Shown: positions 13,191 to 27,084, counted from the first letter of the stretch. The stretch is 64,000 bases of DNA from Octopus vulgaris (GCA_951406725.2 OX597815.1:98146001-98210000); one strand, 5' to 3'. The notes: generated from the sequence alone by a model not told the origin. A program made the numbers and translations.

Positions 13191-13324
13191 AAGTAGCTTG
13201 CTAACCAACTACATGGTTTCAGGTTCAGTCACACTGCGTGGCGCCTTGGGCAAGTGTCGTCTACTATAGCCTCGGGCCGACCAAAAACTTGTAAATGGAT
13301 TTGGTAGACTGAAAGAAGCCCGTC

Positions 13325-13421
<97 letters not shown>

Positions 13422-13639
13422 TGCGTGTGTGTTTGTGTGTGTGTGTATGTGTATGTTTGTGTGTGCGTCCCCCAACATCGCTTGACATCGATGCTGGTGT
13501 GTTTACGTTCCCTTAACTTAGCGGTTCGGCATAAGAGACCGATAGAATAAGTCCTGGGTCCGATTTAATCGACTAAAGGCGGTACTCCAGCATGGTCGCC
13601 ATCAAAATGACTGAAACGAATAAAAGAATAAAAGTGAGA

Positions 13640-13820
13640 ATATAGTGAGAATTTACAAAAAAAAAAGACAAAAACGTGTGTGTAAACAACAAACATGTAT
13701 TAGTTTAACGCTCTGGAACTGAGAAAGTCTTTTACATTTCGAGCCTACCCTCTTCGACAGAAAGGAACACAGAAATAAACAGGGTGAGAAAATAGAAAAG
13801 GTTTAGTGGCTAGCGATCTA
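13640..13820 (-). mobile_element. Solo Penelope pseudo-LTR fragment related to 2300-2510, with hammerhead-like motif at 13729-13764
   Basis: Reverse complement reads CTTT-CTGTCGA-A-GAGG(GTAG)GCTC-GAAA-TG-TA-AAAG...gagcgttaaactaataca, homologous to 2374-2500. Confidence 0.75.
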
Positions 13821-15626
13821 TATATACACAGACTAATCAAAGACATATATTTGATTGCAGCCTCAGTTATGTCGTATTCTGTTTACTCACTATCAAGGCT
13901 CTAACAATGAGTAATCGCACTAGTGTACAGAAACTACCTGATAATGATTTAAAATAGATTATTGGAAACTCTAAGAAAACTCTTTCAATAGCAGGTTGAC
14001 TCAACACATGTATTCGTTCAGACAAGCATAATTATACGTTAGTCACATATAAACTACAACTAAAACAGAAATACATCAATCATAACATATCTTGGTCTTT
14101 GTCGAAACTTTATTCCTCAACATCAGTGTCCAAAAGGATTTCTATTCTGCCATTTTGTGTTATGTAACAATCACTCGCAATCTTTCAGATTCTAAACATA
14201 AAAAGAAACTAAAAAATATCCACCTACAAACAAAATAGCCACGCATGGAACTATGTAGCAGTGTCAAATTTACTATACCAATAATAATAACTGTAATCCA
14301 CATGATGTTTTAACACTGACCAACAACTAAGCACGCTCAAAGCCAGCGAAGGAGCTTCCTCTATATTTACATCAATTCGCACCTACCATCTGAAGAAAAA
14401 GCAAAATAATTAATGCAGCCTCGCTTACAGTTTCTCAGATACGAAACCCACAACCGTCTTTTGGATTTGTGATATATTTGTAATGAATTAATATTTAGTT
14501 GATATATATTTATGCATACACATACACGTCCATACAAACACATATCGCACATACACAGACGTATATGTATATGCATGCCTATAGAGGCTATCTTCAGGTA
14601 GTGTGGAGAGAACAAATACACAACGATTATGTTGAGAGAAATAGAAGCGGAGAGTGACACAGATGAATGATTAAGATGTACATCAAGAACACACAAATCT
14701 ATTATTGCTGGATACCTAAGACAAAGAGAAAAGATATGTTTCTCAATGTTATGCAGTCCTTTGAAACAAAGGAAGCTTAGATATTTCCCATTAGAAATAC
14801 AATGACCGTTCGACAAAATTAAGGTTAAATTTGTGTTTGCTTGTTATAACTGTCGTTTCTTTATCTAGTCAGCTATGAATAAGGCATTCTAACGCCGAAA
14901 TGTTAATATATGTTAACCATATATATAAAGTGAGGAAAAGAGCTGCTTTGGTTGTCCTGATGCATGCACACACAAGCACACACACATACAAACACACATA
15001 CAAACATACACACACACGCATGCACATATACTGACATGTATGTGTGTGTGTGTGTGTCTGTGTGTAACTCTGTATGTGTGCGATTCTGTGTGTTTATGTA
15101 TGCGTGTGTATGTGTGTTAGAGTATGTACAGTATGTACAGTATATACATATAGACCAACGATCACACACTCACACGCACAGGCATACTCATTATATATGT
15201 TCCTGTATGCCTGTCAAATTTTAGGTCCCCGATAATCTTACTGAGTCATAGATTCACGGCTCTTATAAAATTATCATTTGGACCCAAATTGACAGTAACA
15301 TATTTTCTGTAATAAAACTGAATATTTATTTCAGAATATATGCAGATATTTATCTAAATTTACACGAGTAAATGTTAAGCAGTAAGTTACATTATTAAAA
15401 TTGTGTTACAATGTACTTTCGTGAGAGAAAGAGAGAGAGAGAGAGATAGGGAAAGAGAGAAAGAGAGTGAACGAGGGAGAGGAAGAGGAAGAGAGAGAGG
15501 GGGGAGACTACAGTTGACTGAATGAATTCAGCCTCTGGTCTCATTACAATATATATAACATTAGATCTCTAATTGTATGCATAAATACTCTATTCACAAT
15601 TGTGCGACTAATTGCATGTCATATCT

Positions 15627-15675
<49 letters not shown>

Positions 15676-15761
15676 CACTCACGCATACATATACATTCAT
15701 GCATATATATATATATATACATACAAGAAATGTACGAGCCTTTCAGAATTTTACCCAAATT

Positions 15762-15807
<46 letters not shown>

Positions 15808-16067
15808 ATTGTATCACTTTTCTTGTGGACTTCTAATATTCTAAACTTTTTGTTTTATATCTTCTTTCTTTCTTTACATTTTCTAACTCTCGATCTTACC
15901 TTTTTCTTCTTTCATCTTAACTTTATCTTTACTTACTGTTCTCTTACTCCTGACCTTTTTTTATTCGTTCCTTTTGTATTTTAGTTTATTATTTTTTTTG
16001 TGACTATATTTCCTCCATTAATGCTCTGTATCACCCGTCTGCCCTTCACTGCCCCATCTCTCTCCCC

Positions 16068-16122
<55 letters not shown>

Positions 16123-16497
16123 ATCTATCTCATTTTCCTCCTTTTCTTCTATCTCTTTTATTCCTTCGAAACCACCAAAAATATAAAAAGCGTATAATAA
16201 GTGACGCTATCGCCCTCCATAACGTACAATTTAATAATGTATTGCGTATGTGTGTGTGTGTGCATGCGTGTATGTGTATGTGTATGCATGTGTGTGCCTG
16301 TGTTTGTGAGTAAATATATGTATATATATAGGCCTTTCTCATTCTATGCATATAAATGTGCATATGTACGTACACATGTACACATACTCAAGCAAGCACG
16401 CATTCATACACACTCACACACACAGGCACACACACATATGCATATTCAGAGGGAGAGAGAGCGAGAGAGCTGGATTATAGAGATATATATATGAAGC

Positions 16498-16550
<53 letters not shown>

Positions 16551-16834
16551 GATAGATAGATAGATAGATAGATAGTGAGAAACAGCGACAGACAGACAAA
16601 TCAATGTACTAGGTGTGAAGTGATACGCTTGCCCAAACATGAACACACACAGGCACACACGCACATATACAAAACCCGCGATGATACACTACGTATGTCT
16701 GTGTGTTCGAGCATATAAGTGTTTTGCTTGTCCCTAAAATGCACACACATCTCACGCAGGTATGTGCATATTTGTACACACGCATCCGTCCATATCCAGT
16801 TGTGAATGTAGTCATGTACATGTGTACGCATCTA

Positions 16835-16835
16835 C

Positions 16836-16868
<33 letters not shown>

Positions 16869-17142
16869 TGAATGTATGTATGTATGTATGTGTGTATGTG
16901 TGTATGTATGTATGTATGTATGTATGTATGTATGCATGTATGTATGTATGTATGTACGTATGTGTATGTACGTGTATATATATATACACCCTACTCAAGT
17001 CGTTCAAGCGTTTACATACACACCTTATATACGTACATATGTACATAGATATGTGTGTGTAAACATGCAAACACACATACATTATATATATGTGTATGTG
17101 TGTCTATGTATGTATGTATGTATGTATGTATGTATGTATATA

Positions 17143-17204
<62 letters not shown>

Positions 17205-17285
17205 TGTATGTATGTATGTATGCATGTATGTATGTATGTATGCATGCATGTATGTATGTATGTATATGTACGTGTGTATGTATAT
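16835..17285. repeat. (TATG)n / (TG)n compound microsatellite
   Basis: Seen directly. Confidence 0.9.
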
Positions 17286-17954
17286 ATGGTGTATGTGTAA
17301 ACGTTTTGAACGTCTTGAGTAGAGACATCTTAATCAGGGAAACCTACTGGTGAACCACTAAGACGTGTCTGCAGAAAACAGTTGTATTTATTTATTTATC
17401 TATTCATCTATATATTTATCGTTTGTTGTGTGGGGTGAGATCATGAAACTCCCTCCGCTACGGCTTTGGAAATTTTTGGTTCTAATTAGACACTATTTAC
17501 TCTTAGTCCACACTATCATCCCGCTTACCTCCCCTTACCATTCCACTCACCGCTTTGCTTTCCCCCTTTTCCTATTCCTCCTCATCCCTCTCCTCCCCCT
17601 CCTCCTCCCCTTAGTCCTCTTTACGTCCTGTTAATTACATCTTTGTACTTCCATCCACTTTTCATTTATTTCGTTTCATTTTTGCCTCTCAGTTCAGTTC
17701 TGAAAATAACAAATTTTCCACGGAAATCAGTTTTACAGTATAACATGGGCGTACGTGCGCTCGCGCATAAGTGTGAGTGAGCGTGTGCGCCGCGAATACA
17801 TGCGTGAGTATATGTATGGGGTTGTGTGTGTGTGTGTATGTGTTCGTGTGTATGTGTGTGTGTGTGTGTGTGTGTACGCGCGTACGTGCGGATATGTATC
17901 TACATAAAATTAACTATGTGAATTTGTGGTTGTCTCTTACTTAGTGCGTGTATA

Positions 17955-17997
<43 letters not shown>

Positions 17998-18629
17998 TTG
18001 ACTTTGTGCGCGTTGGTGTGCCCGTGTATGTGTATTTGTGCGTACATGTTTGTATGTGTCAGTGTGTGTGCATGTGAGCATATGTTCGTGTGAGTGTGTG
18101 TGTGTGTGTGTGTTGTATTTAAATTTCAGTAAGTGTGAATCTGACGTTCCATATGTGGGAAGGTGACTCTACGTCTGTTTTAATGTGTATTTATATTTGT
18201 GTATGTATGTGTGTGTGTGAGTGCGTGTATGTGTGTGAATGTGTGTGCGCTTGTGTATGTGCTTCTGTGTATTTTTGTGCATGTGTTTATCAATGAGGCG
18301 AGGTTAGAGTGCGAACGTGTGAGTATAAATATGAATTTGATTGTATATTACTTTATGCTAGTGCATGAGTGTATATGTGTTTGTGTTTGTATGCGTGTAT
18401 ATGATATATATATATATTTCTATATGAATACGTGTGTATGTGTATGCTATATATATATACACATAAATAAATGTGTGCGTATGTATTTGTTCGTTAGTGT
18501 TTATGTGTGTGTGCACGGGAAAAGAAAGACGTGTTTTAGAATGCCTTCGTCTCATTTTATGTATAACTTGACGATGTATTATTGGTGTTATCTGTCTGCA
18601 TTTATGTGTTTGTGTGTGAGTGTGTGTGT

Positions 18630-18682
<53 letters not shown>

Positions 18683-18875
18683 CGAGAGAGAGAGAGAGAG
18701 AAGCGAGAAGGTATCTGGGTGTGGGTGGGTGTAATATTTCGCGTAAGACAGAGAGCAAGACAGACAGAGATGGAGTAAAAGAAAAAGAGAATTACAAAAC
18801 TTTAAGTGTGTTTAAGGACATAAAGAATGTTACTAATAAATATCTGAAAGTAAGGTTGTGGAGCCGATTTCTAAA

Positions 18876-19691
18876 TACAAGATGCATTCCAAAAGTTTTG
18901 ATTCTTTTCAAGGAGTGACATTAATTCATTTTAAAGAACAAAATTCTAACCTCCATCATAGGAGAAACCCCTGATCTCCTTTAAAGTCCTTTAAAGTGAA
19001 GCTGTCCAAGACCCTTGTTGCTGCCTATTTCATCTTCTTCAGCTTAGTGAACAACCAAAAATTACTGGGAGCAAGATCTGAACTATAATGAGGATGAGGG
19101 ACAGTTTTGATGGCCATCTCTGTCATGGGTTTGAATACCAGAATGGAATTGTAAACTGGTGCATTGTCCTGGGGAATATGTTCTGGCCGTTTCCAATGAA
19201 ATTTCGTCCTGAACTCCCCAAAACCTCCACAAAGTACACTTTATTGAACGTTTGGCTCGAGGAGACCCAGTGCATGTAGCGGATGTCCTTTCTGTCGAAG
19301 GAGATCATCATGTGCTTCCAGTTGGCTTCTTATTCCAGTGAAAAACGGATGCTCAGCTCATACAAATCAATCTAAGAACAGTCGGGAGAATTTCATAAAT
19401 TTCTGTAGCGTTTTAACCCAACTTGACACAAAACTTTATCGCATGGTGAGTTTCCAAATTATTTTCACGTCTCGACTGCATTCTACAAACTAGTCAGCTG
19501 TGACAAGCAGTGTTTAGCAGGGACGTGTTCAAAGTGTTGTTGCAACCGCCTCTTTCAATCTGGAGTAAGGAAAGTTTGTAAAATAGCTGATTAGATGTAC
19601 AGTAACGATATGCTAAAATTACAATAATTTCAGACAGTTATAACAGCCTCTCCTTTAAAAAAGTCTTAAAACACCTGGTATTCACCTTGTA
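18876..19691 (-). mobile_element. Internally deleted, decayed mariner DNA transposon
   Basis: Degenerate terminal inverted repeats (TIRs) with TA ends (tacaagatgcattcc / reverse complement tacaaggtgaatacc). Minus-strand peptides HAIKFCVKLG*NATEIYE, YMHWVSSSQTFNKVYFVEVL and QDNAPVYNSIL...VPHPHYSSDLAPSNFWLF (DNA and YSPDLAPxD motifs). Confidence 0.85.
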
Positions 19692-19986
19692 AGTTTATGT
19701 GCATATGTTTAATTTTGTGACGAAGACAAAGAGGGACAAACAGAAAGGAATTAAGTAGAAAAATACAGTGTTTGAATACAGCAAATACTCAGTCACATAT
19801 GCAACACTCACATACACACTCTAATTATGTGTTTAGTAAAGTGAAATGTAATTCTCTGAGTTGTGACTCGCAAATTTCGTCCGTAAAGAAAAGTATTGCA
19901 TTGAATGTTTCATTTGCTAACTGCAAAGGCATTCTATCAGCCATTTGGTTATTTTTCATATATAAATGGATGTATGCCTTCATCCA

Positions 19987-20025
<39 letters not shown>

Positions 20026-20026
<1 letters not shown>

Positions 20027-22037
20027 ACTGAAACAAATTCACTTCTATTTAGTTTTGATGTGCTAAGACTTTACACCAATATTCCACATGATTCAGGAAT
20101 AAAGGCGATTAAATACTAGTTAGATAAACATTGAGAAGTGATCCCCAACAGATTCACAGTGCCAATTATACTAGACACAGTCAGACTTATTCTGGAAAAC
20201 AACACATTCTTCTTCAATGGAAAAAAATACACCCAAATTAAAGGCACGGCGATGGGAACGAGGTTTGCTCCCGTTTACGTGAACTCTGTAATGGGATATC
20301 TAGAACAACTCTACTAAGAAGTATAGAAAACTATAGTACTGAATTTAGAAAATATATTGAAGAGTCATGGAAGAGATACCGTGACAATTGTTTCATAATG
20401 TGGACAGGATCTCTAAATACTCTGAACGATTCAATATCCTCCTGAACATCCAACTCTCCAATTTGCAAAGATGAGTAGTACCAAATTACCATTACTAGAT
20501 ATACTGGTAATGAAAACGCACACCACCGTTACCACAGATATATACTACAAACACGGACACACATCAATACCTGAAATTCAAGTCGTGCCATCCACCACAT
20601 ACAAACGCAACATCCCATACTGCCGCAAATTTCAGGAACAAACGCCTAACAGAACTAATTATGGAAAATGGCACACAGCGAGCTATAAAAGTACCCATAC
20701 CACAACTGAGGACATCCGAAAGAAGAGGAAAACAAGAACAAGTAATATCGTTTATAATGACACACAACCCATGTCACCAGAATATCTTCAACATTGCCAG
20801 TGCAAACCTACTAATCATTGCTCAAAGTAATGAATTAAAAGATATCATCACAGATTGAGCTATGGTTCTTAGTGAAACACAGTCTAAAAACTTGTAAAAA
20901 TTCTTAACAAAGGAAAGTTTGACCTTAGCAACAAAGACCAATCATTCACTGTATCTAAATGCAATGATGGCCGATGTGGCACACGCCAATTCATGCATAC
21001 TGGCCAATATATGAACACAAAAATCGGAAAAATTTTTCACAAAAGCAAGTATGAACTGCAAAAGCATAAATGTAATTTACTGCATCAAATGTCCGAATTG
21101 TGAAGAACCTATATGTAGGTCAGACTGGAAATGTACTATCAGAACCTTCAGGTGTGCACCGATAGCAAATTAGAGACCCAGATGTCCGTCAGATATCTTT
21201 GAGTAACCCTCTAGCAACAACATGTAGTCGGAAAATATTTATAACATTTCTATTCTACAAACTACAGGGTCCATGTGAAATGGAGAGAAAAATCAGAGAA
21301 AATAACTTTATTAATAAATTCCAACTCAAGCTAAATATATAATAAGACTAATACTTAGATGTGCTATTTCTACTGCTATTATCACTACTCTTACAACAAC
21401 AACAATACTAAAGGTGCTCATGATGACTATAGCAGGAAAATACTACCCTAGACAAGAGAAAAGTGAGTAAAAATAATCTTATTTTTAGGGTTTAGAGTTC
21501 TATTGCCACAGTTACCACTACCAACACCACCACCACCACCACCACCAACGACAACAAAAATAAAGGAGATGATAATGGTGATTATGATAATTGCAATGTA
21601 AAAATCCCTAGGAATTGTTGTTTACAACATTTCTAAAATTAGCCCAACAAATACTGCTTTGGCCAGGGTAAAATAAAACAGGTCTCTTGACATGTTCAAC
21701 AAACCATGACGCCTAAACCAAAAACCAAACAACCTAAGTAATTCAGTAAACCCACACACTGATTGGCCAGAATACGGTTTGCAAAACTTACCATTCTGGA
21801 GCCTATACAGATGTATTTAAGGCACACAATTTAACCATCTCACTACAATTGTAAATTGCAAACATAACTGTCACAACTACTGCATGAACTTGAAGATGGC
21901 ATTGTTTATTGCATGAAAGTATTAGCTCAATCAGAATTGACATTTACTATTCTATCACTTTATTATATCATATTATATTATATTATTATAAGATTCCAAA
22001 TAAAACGTGAAATCAAAGTTGGAATTTCTTTGAGTAA
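20026..22037 (+). mobile_element. 5'-truncated, decayed Penelope-like retroelement (RT, GIY-YIG and 3' region), bounded by (TA)n
   Basis: RT motifs SFDVLRLYTNIPH, LILENNTFFFNGKKYTQIKGTAMGTRFAP, WKRYRDNCFIMW, LPLLDILV, TDIYYK. Endonuclease motifs CNDGRC, NVIYCIKCPNC, YVGQTG, RKIRENNFINKF. Many stops and frameshifts; coding ends near 21342. Confidence 0.9.
21885..21929 (+). ncRNA. Degenerate minimal hammerhead motif in the 3' region of the second Penelope element
   Basis: UGAAC-UUGAAGA-UGGCA(UUGUUUAU)UGCAU-GAAA-GUAU-UA-GCUCA. Stems are imperfect; the position is that expected for a pseudo-LTR ribozyme. Confidence 0.4.
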
Positions 22038-23002
22038 TATATATATATTCCGTATGAAGGTTCCTTGAGTAGTCTTTATAGAAAACACCTAATAATTAAT
22101 TAATTAAGTAAAAGATTGGCTATTAAACTAATTCTACATAATCTTCCTTTTTAATGTTTATAATTGATACATACACACCTTTTAGCTATTTTGGTTATGA
22201 TATCATTTTGGAATTCTTAAATTGTGGTTTAAACAACATAAAAATATTGTTTATAAACGTTCCCCCATCGTGCCCCTAATAAATTTTCCCAATATTAGCA
22301 TCTTAAGTATCTTTTCCCTGTATTAGCATCTTAGTATCTTGCCCCTTTAACTGGTAATTAACAACATGACTTAGTCTACTCCTACCCAGCCTCTTTTTCA
22401 TAGACAGTTACTTCTCTCAAAACTGACTCTTCCTGATGTCTTATTTCCTTTCTCTTGGGGGAAAAGGATACCTATAATAATATTTACGACCATTCCTAGC
22501 CAAGATGTCAACTCACTTTTGTTCTTTATTCAAAATTGACCCAGTCGTTTTTGTCTCATATTTAATAAATGATAAAGAGATACATAAATTATAAATGAAT
22601 TACAACCTTTACAATCTATGACCCCACTATGCTTCATGCAATTCTAATTGTAGTCTATTCTTAGCCACTTTGCTTAGCGACAACATGAATTTCTTTTATT
22701 TTCTGATTTTGTTAAAATATTTAAGGAAAATTTATATTAATGTATCCTGCTTGTTAAAAAATTCTATATTTTGTGCAGCTGAAGATAGCACTGCTTTTAA
22801 ATTGATGAAATGATTGCATTGTTCAGTTAAATGCACCCTTAGCCAATCCTCTTCAAATTCATCTCATCCTATTTGACAAATTTTTTCAAAATTACTTTCA
22901 CTCCCTCCTTATCAATCGAGGTTGATGGGCATAACAATATGTCATTCAAGTATTGCGCCTTAGAACTTGCACCTGTACTCGTCAAAGTAATTAATATCAG
23001 TA

Positions 23003-23244
23003 ATCAAAAAATCGTAAAAAATAGGGATTTTCATAGAAAAAAAAAGCACGTTTTGATGTAAATAATTTTTGGTCTTAACATGGTCCGATTTGAATCTTTT
23101 CTTCTACGGAATGAAGAACAAGCCTTCTTCTATCATACTCATAATATTGGTCAATTTGCACCGCAGGGTCTCGGAGGAGATGGTCTTAGTGGAAGGCTAC
23201 GAAACCTGCCACACACACAGAGACAACTTCAGCTTTATATATAA

Positions 23245-23247
<3 letters not shown>
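23003..23247 (-). mobile_element. Non-autonomous Helitron, 5' part (same subfamily as 60352-60739)
   Basis: Closely similar to about 60503-60739; minus-strand start a|tctttatatataaagc. Confidence 0.7.
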
Positions 23248-23315
<68 letters not shown>

Positions 23316-23348
23316 TAGATAGATATGTACATATATATATAGATGTAC

Positions 23349-23645
23349 ATGGGCTTCAGAGGTCCACAGCTCTTCAATATCCTCCTGAAGGACCTGAGAG
23401 ACCTCATGGGGTGGATGCATATGTCTTTAAAATAAAACTGGATCTCTTCCTGTCAGGTATCCCAGATGAACCAACTTTACGGCAGGAGGTGCAGATGAGG
23501 GCAGCTGCATCGAACTCTCTGATGTACCAAATGGCAATTGCTAAAAAGCACTCGTGAAGTAAAATCATGTAGCAACACTGAATGGCGGTGCTCCAGCATG
23601 GCCGCAGCTCGTGACCTGAAACTAGATAAAATAAAAATAAAAAAT
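23349..23645 (+). mobile_element. 3' end of a CR1/L2-group LINE (ORF2 C-terminus, 3' UTR and (TAAAA)n tail)
   Basis: GFRGPQLFNILLKDLRDL/GVDAYVFKIKLDLFLSGIPDEP...AASNSLMYQ...*, then ggcggtgctccagcatggccgcag...ctgaaac and taaaa repeats. Confidence 0.75.
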
Positions 23646-24059
23646 AAATTAAATAATATATATATATACTCAGTATACATTAGCATCAATTAGTCGATCG
23701 TGGTGAAAATATTAATTAATAGCTATAATAAATAAGATTTGTAAAGAAAATAAAATGAATCGATAATTGGTTGATCAACAAAGTTTATTAATCAATTCAT
23801 CAGATACACTTTCTCCCATATCGAGATTAGACAAAAAATCCCGATATGATGATAGACGCTATACAACTCCTGTTCGAAAGCAATAAATATTACTTATTAA
23901 GCGATAATTAAGTCTATAAATAAAAGCAATGAAGGAAGTAGTCAAGCATTACAGCAGTTTTAAAAGGCGCACTGAATGCATATCCTATAACATTACAGAT
24001 GTTATATAATATGTTCGTTTTGAAACAGCTGTAGTCTTGACAATTTCTTTTCCTTTTCT

Positions 24060-25350
24060 TTACAGACTTGATTACAACTGTATATGCTGGGACAACACTA
24101 GTATGATCACCTTTTCAGTGGCCATATCCATATAGGGGGCTTTTGGTGTTTTGTATAACGAGGGCATGTATGACTCTCGATCTTGCGGCGACTTGTATAA
24201 GTCTCGATCCAAATTATGGAACCAGCGACTTTGGGATCTTTCTTATGTATACCACCGCATATCTCGCTCGTCTTTGCTCCAGGAAGTAGAGTCGTAATTT
24301 GTTTAGTGTCTCCCAGTAGTCCAACTGTTTCGTTAATGCAATCTTTTTGGTGTAGCACAGCTGCAATGCCTCGAGTTCACCATTAATTTAACACTGGTGT
24401 GACCATAATTTACAATAGAAGTCTAGACGGTTGAGAACAAATGATTTCCATAGCTCCTGCATATTTTCTTTGTCGTTTGTTCTGAATTTCTGAGAAAACA
24501 TCTGTTTTTTGTTTTTTTTTGCCTATACATTGTCACCATCTAGGTGATATGTACAAGAAACAAAGCATCGTAGTTCATAACAACCCTCAGGTCACGCACA
24601 GTGTTTGACTATAGTATTGCTGCACTTTTGCACTAGATGACTTTTTATATTACTACATTTGGGATATTCATGCATTAAATTGCATGCTGTTTTCTTCAGC
24701 CCATTTATATCTAAGTATTTTTGTTGAACACTAGCCTCCTCGAGAGGAAACTTGACTATTTGTGCTACTTTGCTTTCGTCGGCACAGCTAGTTAGAGGGT
24801 ATATTAGTGTACCTCATGGCCTGTGAAACAGCCACAAAGAACAACAGCAGCCCCAAGAGAGTTACCTGCAAAAGCTATTAATATCTTCTTGGGAGGGCCC
24901 TATTCACTGCCACAGCCTGTCTTCTCTCTTAAGAAATAATGCAATCACTCTCCCAGTTTCCAAACTATGCCGACGCCGCGTTGCTTCTGACATATTAACT
25001 GGTGTTCAACCATCTCAAGGGTTTTTCCAAAATCGACATATATCAGATCCATGTTTGGGCCAGTCATATGTGGTTTCAACGCCCAGTCATAATACTGTAG
25101 AATTCGTGTAAGTCAGCTTCTTCCTGAGTAGAAGCCAAGCTGGGTATAAGGGCAAGTTTCATTATTTTGTAGGAACATGATCAGCAACATCCTAACAATG
25201 CATTTCACGACTTAATTAATACGTGAGATTAAAGACACAGGCCTATGATTTTCAGTACCTGCCCTACTTCCTTCTTAATCGATTGGAGATATTCATTCCT
25301 TTAATTTTTTCGGAAAATTCATTCCATTAATTTTTTCATTGACAAGGAAG
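24060..25350 (-). mobile_element. Decayed CR1/L2-group LINE reverse transcriptase
   Basis: Minus-strand remnants in RT order: RPVSLISR, YVDFGKTLEMVEH (cf. YLDFAKAFDKVDH), ADESK (cf. ADDTK), WAEENSMQFN, VRDLRV, LWKSFVLNRLD, LEALQLCYTKKI..LDYWETLNKLRLYFLEQRRARY. Confidence 0.8.
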
Positions 25351-25429
25351 ATTTGGAAGAGGATCTAGGATGGTCTTACTTGAGCACCTTTGCATTTTAA
25401 AAAGGATTACTATAAATCCATTAGGGCGT

Positions 25430-25516
25430 GAGGCTGAATTTAAGCTCATCATATGTGTGTGTTTATGTATATATATGCATACACACACACATATATATGA
25501 GCTTAAATTCAGCCTC
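25430..25516. repeat. Inverted repeat with perfect 20-bp arms enclosing a largely self-complementary microsatellite
   Basis: GAGGCTGAATTTAAGCTCAT (25430-25449) and ATGAGCTTAAATTCAGCCTC (25497-25516). Confidence 0.9.
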
Positions 25517-25545
25517 TGAATTGTATATATATATATATATATATA

Positions 25546-25917
25546 CTAGCAGTATCGCCCGGCGTTGTTCAGGTTTGTAAGGGAAATAACTATAAAGCAT
25601 TTTTAGAGAGTTATTGCCAAAAAATGGAAAAAAATGATAGTAAATTTTTTTTGAGAGTAAAAAAGGTGGAGTTGCGTCCCCTAGACACTTTGCGGTTTGT
25701 GTTTCTGATTCTCGACCCCATGTCGAATTTATCGATTTTTTTCAGAACTGGGGGAACTTTTCAAAATTTTCGCTGCGTTAGTTTTGAATTATGACATTGG
25801 GCTATCTGTGTGTCAAGTTTCATCAGAATCGGTTGAAAGCCGTGGTCAGGGTGAGGGTACAAGCAAACAGACACACAGAAACACGCACAGACAAACTGCC
25901 GTTTATATAGAGAGAGA
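25546..25917 (-). mobile_element. Non-autonomous Helitron (shorter relative of 3604-4407)
   Basis: A|TC 5' end, degenerate 3' hairpin, CTAG|T end; shares roughly 230 bp nearly identically with about 4200-4407. Confidence 0.85.
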
Positions 25918-26988
25918 TATATATATATATATATGGTGTGTGTGAGAGAGAGAGTGGGAGAGGGAAGAGATAGGGGGAGAGAGAATGAAGGAGGTGAAGT
26001 GTGTGTATATAGTTTGAGATGTAACGCTATTGGAAGTATATATAACTCCACACTTCTGAGGGAAAGAAACGCCAAAAAGCCGTACCAAATTACACGTCGA
26101 ACGCTTTTTCTTTAAGTCCTGAGTTCAATTTCGTCCAGTGTCAACTTTTCTTTCCAATCTTCCAATGTAAGAGACAGATAAAGTAAATAGCTGTCAAGAC
26201 CTGTATCTGATTTCCCCTTAAACCTTGACTCTTCTGTCTAAATCAGAAATCATTAATATTCAGAGATGTAAATGGCAGAAGCGGTGAATTCTTAATAATT
26301 CAGTTTGTGGTATTTAGTTTCAAGCGTTGACCTTTTTGCTTGTAGGGTCAGAGGTCGATAGTTTGTCTTTGCCGCCCTCCTTTGCTGCGTCGCTTGAAAT
26401 GAGTAGCAGTCAAGTGCTGGGTTCGATTAAGTGAACCACACTTCTACCTCTCTAAATTTTCAGTCTTGTGCCAGTATTTTGAAAACCTTATTGTAATTAG
26501 TATTTTCACATCACCAGGTACTAAGTCATTCCATTCATTTTTCTTTCTTCCCTCAATTCTGGCAATAGCATCTGTTAATTTCCTCAAGGCAACTCTTCAT
26601 CTTAGTTTTTAGCACTTGTTTTCAGTTAAAAACAAAAACATCATCGTTTTTCTCCACCAATGTGTTGCTTTGTTTTGTTTCTTTTTTTCTTTTTCCTTTC
26701 TTCCTTTATTTATCCTCAGATTATGAACAAGACACTGCGAATGCAAGATGTCAACCATCACAAACAGCCGAATTAATTTTTTTAGCGCGAAATTCACGAC
26801 CAAAATACAAAAAAAAAGACTGTTCACTTCGAGATCAAGTATATTTAACTATTCATTTATAAATATTTTAAAACTTTTCACATTACTTCTTCTTTCCTTA
26901 TATTTTATATTAGTGGTTGACGATAAGAGTAGAGCTTGTACGAATTGTGGTTAGCATGTACTTCTCTATTTTGCATGTTAGTTTTGCG

Positions 26989-27084
26989 ATTCTTCTTCTT
27001 CTTCTTCTTCTTCTTCTTCTTCTTCTTCTTCTTCTTCTTCTTCTTCTTCTTCTTCTTCTTCTTCTTCTTCTTCTTCTTCTTCTT

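Larger units (their letters stand above)
10926..13637 (+). mobile_element. tRNA-derived SINE family A split in two (10926-10961 and 13191-13637) by a 2.2-kb insertion
   Basis: The head gcgcaggagtggctgtgtggtaagtagcttgcttac resumes at 13191 as aagtagcttgctaaccaactacatggtttcaggttcagtc, matching intact copies at 49837 and 29907(-). Confidence 0.9.
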
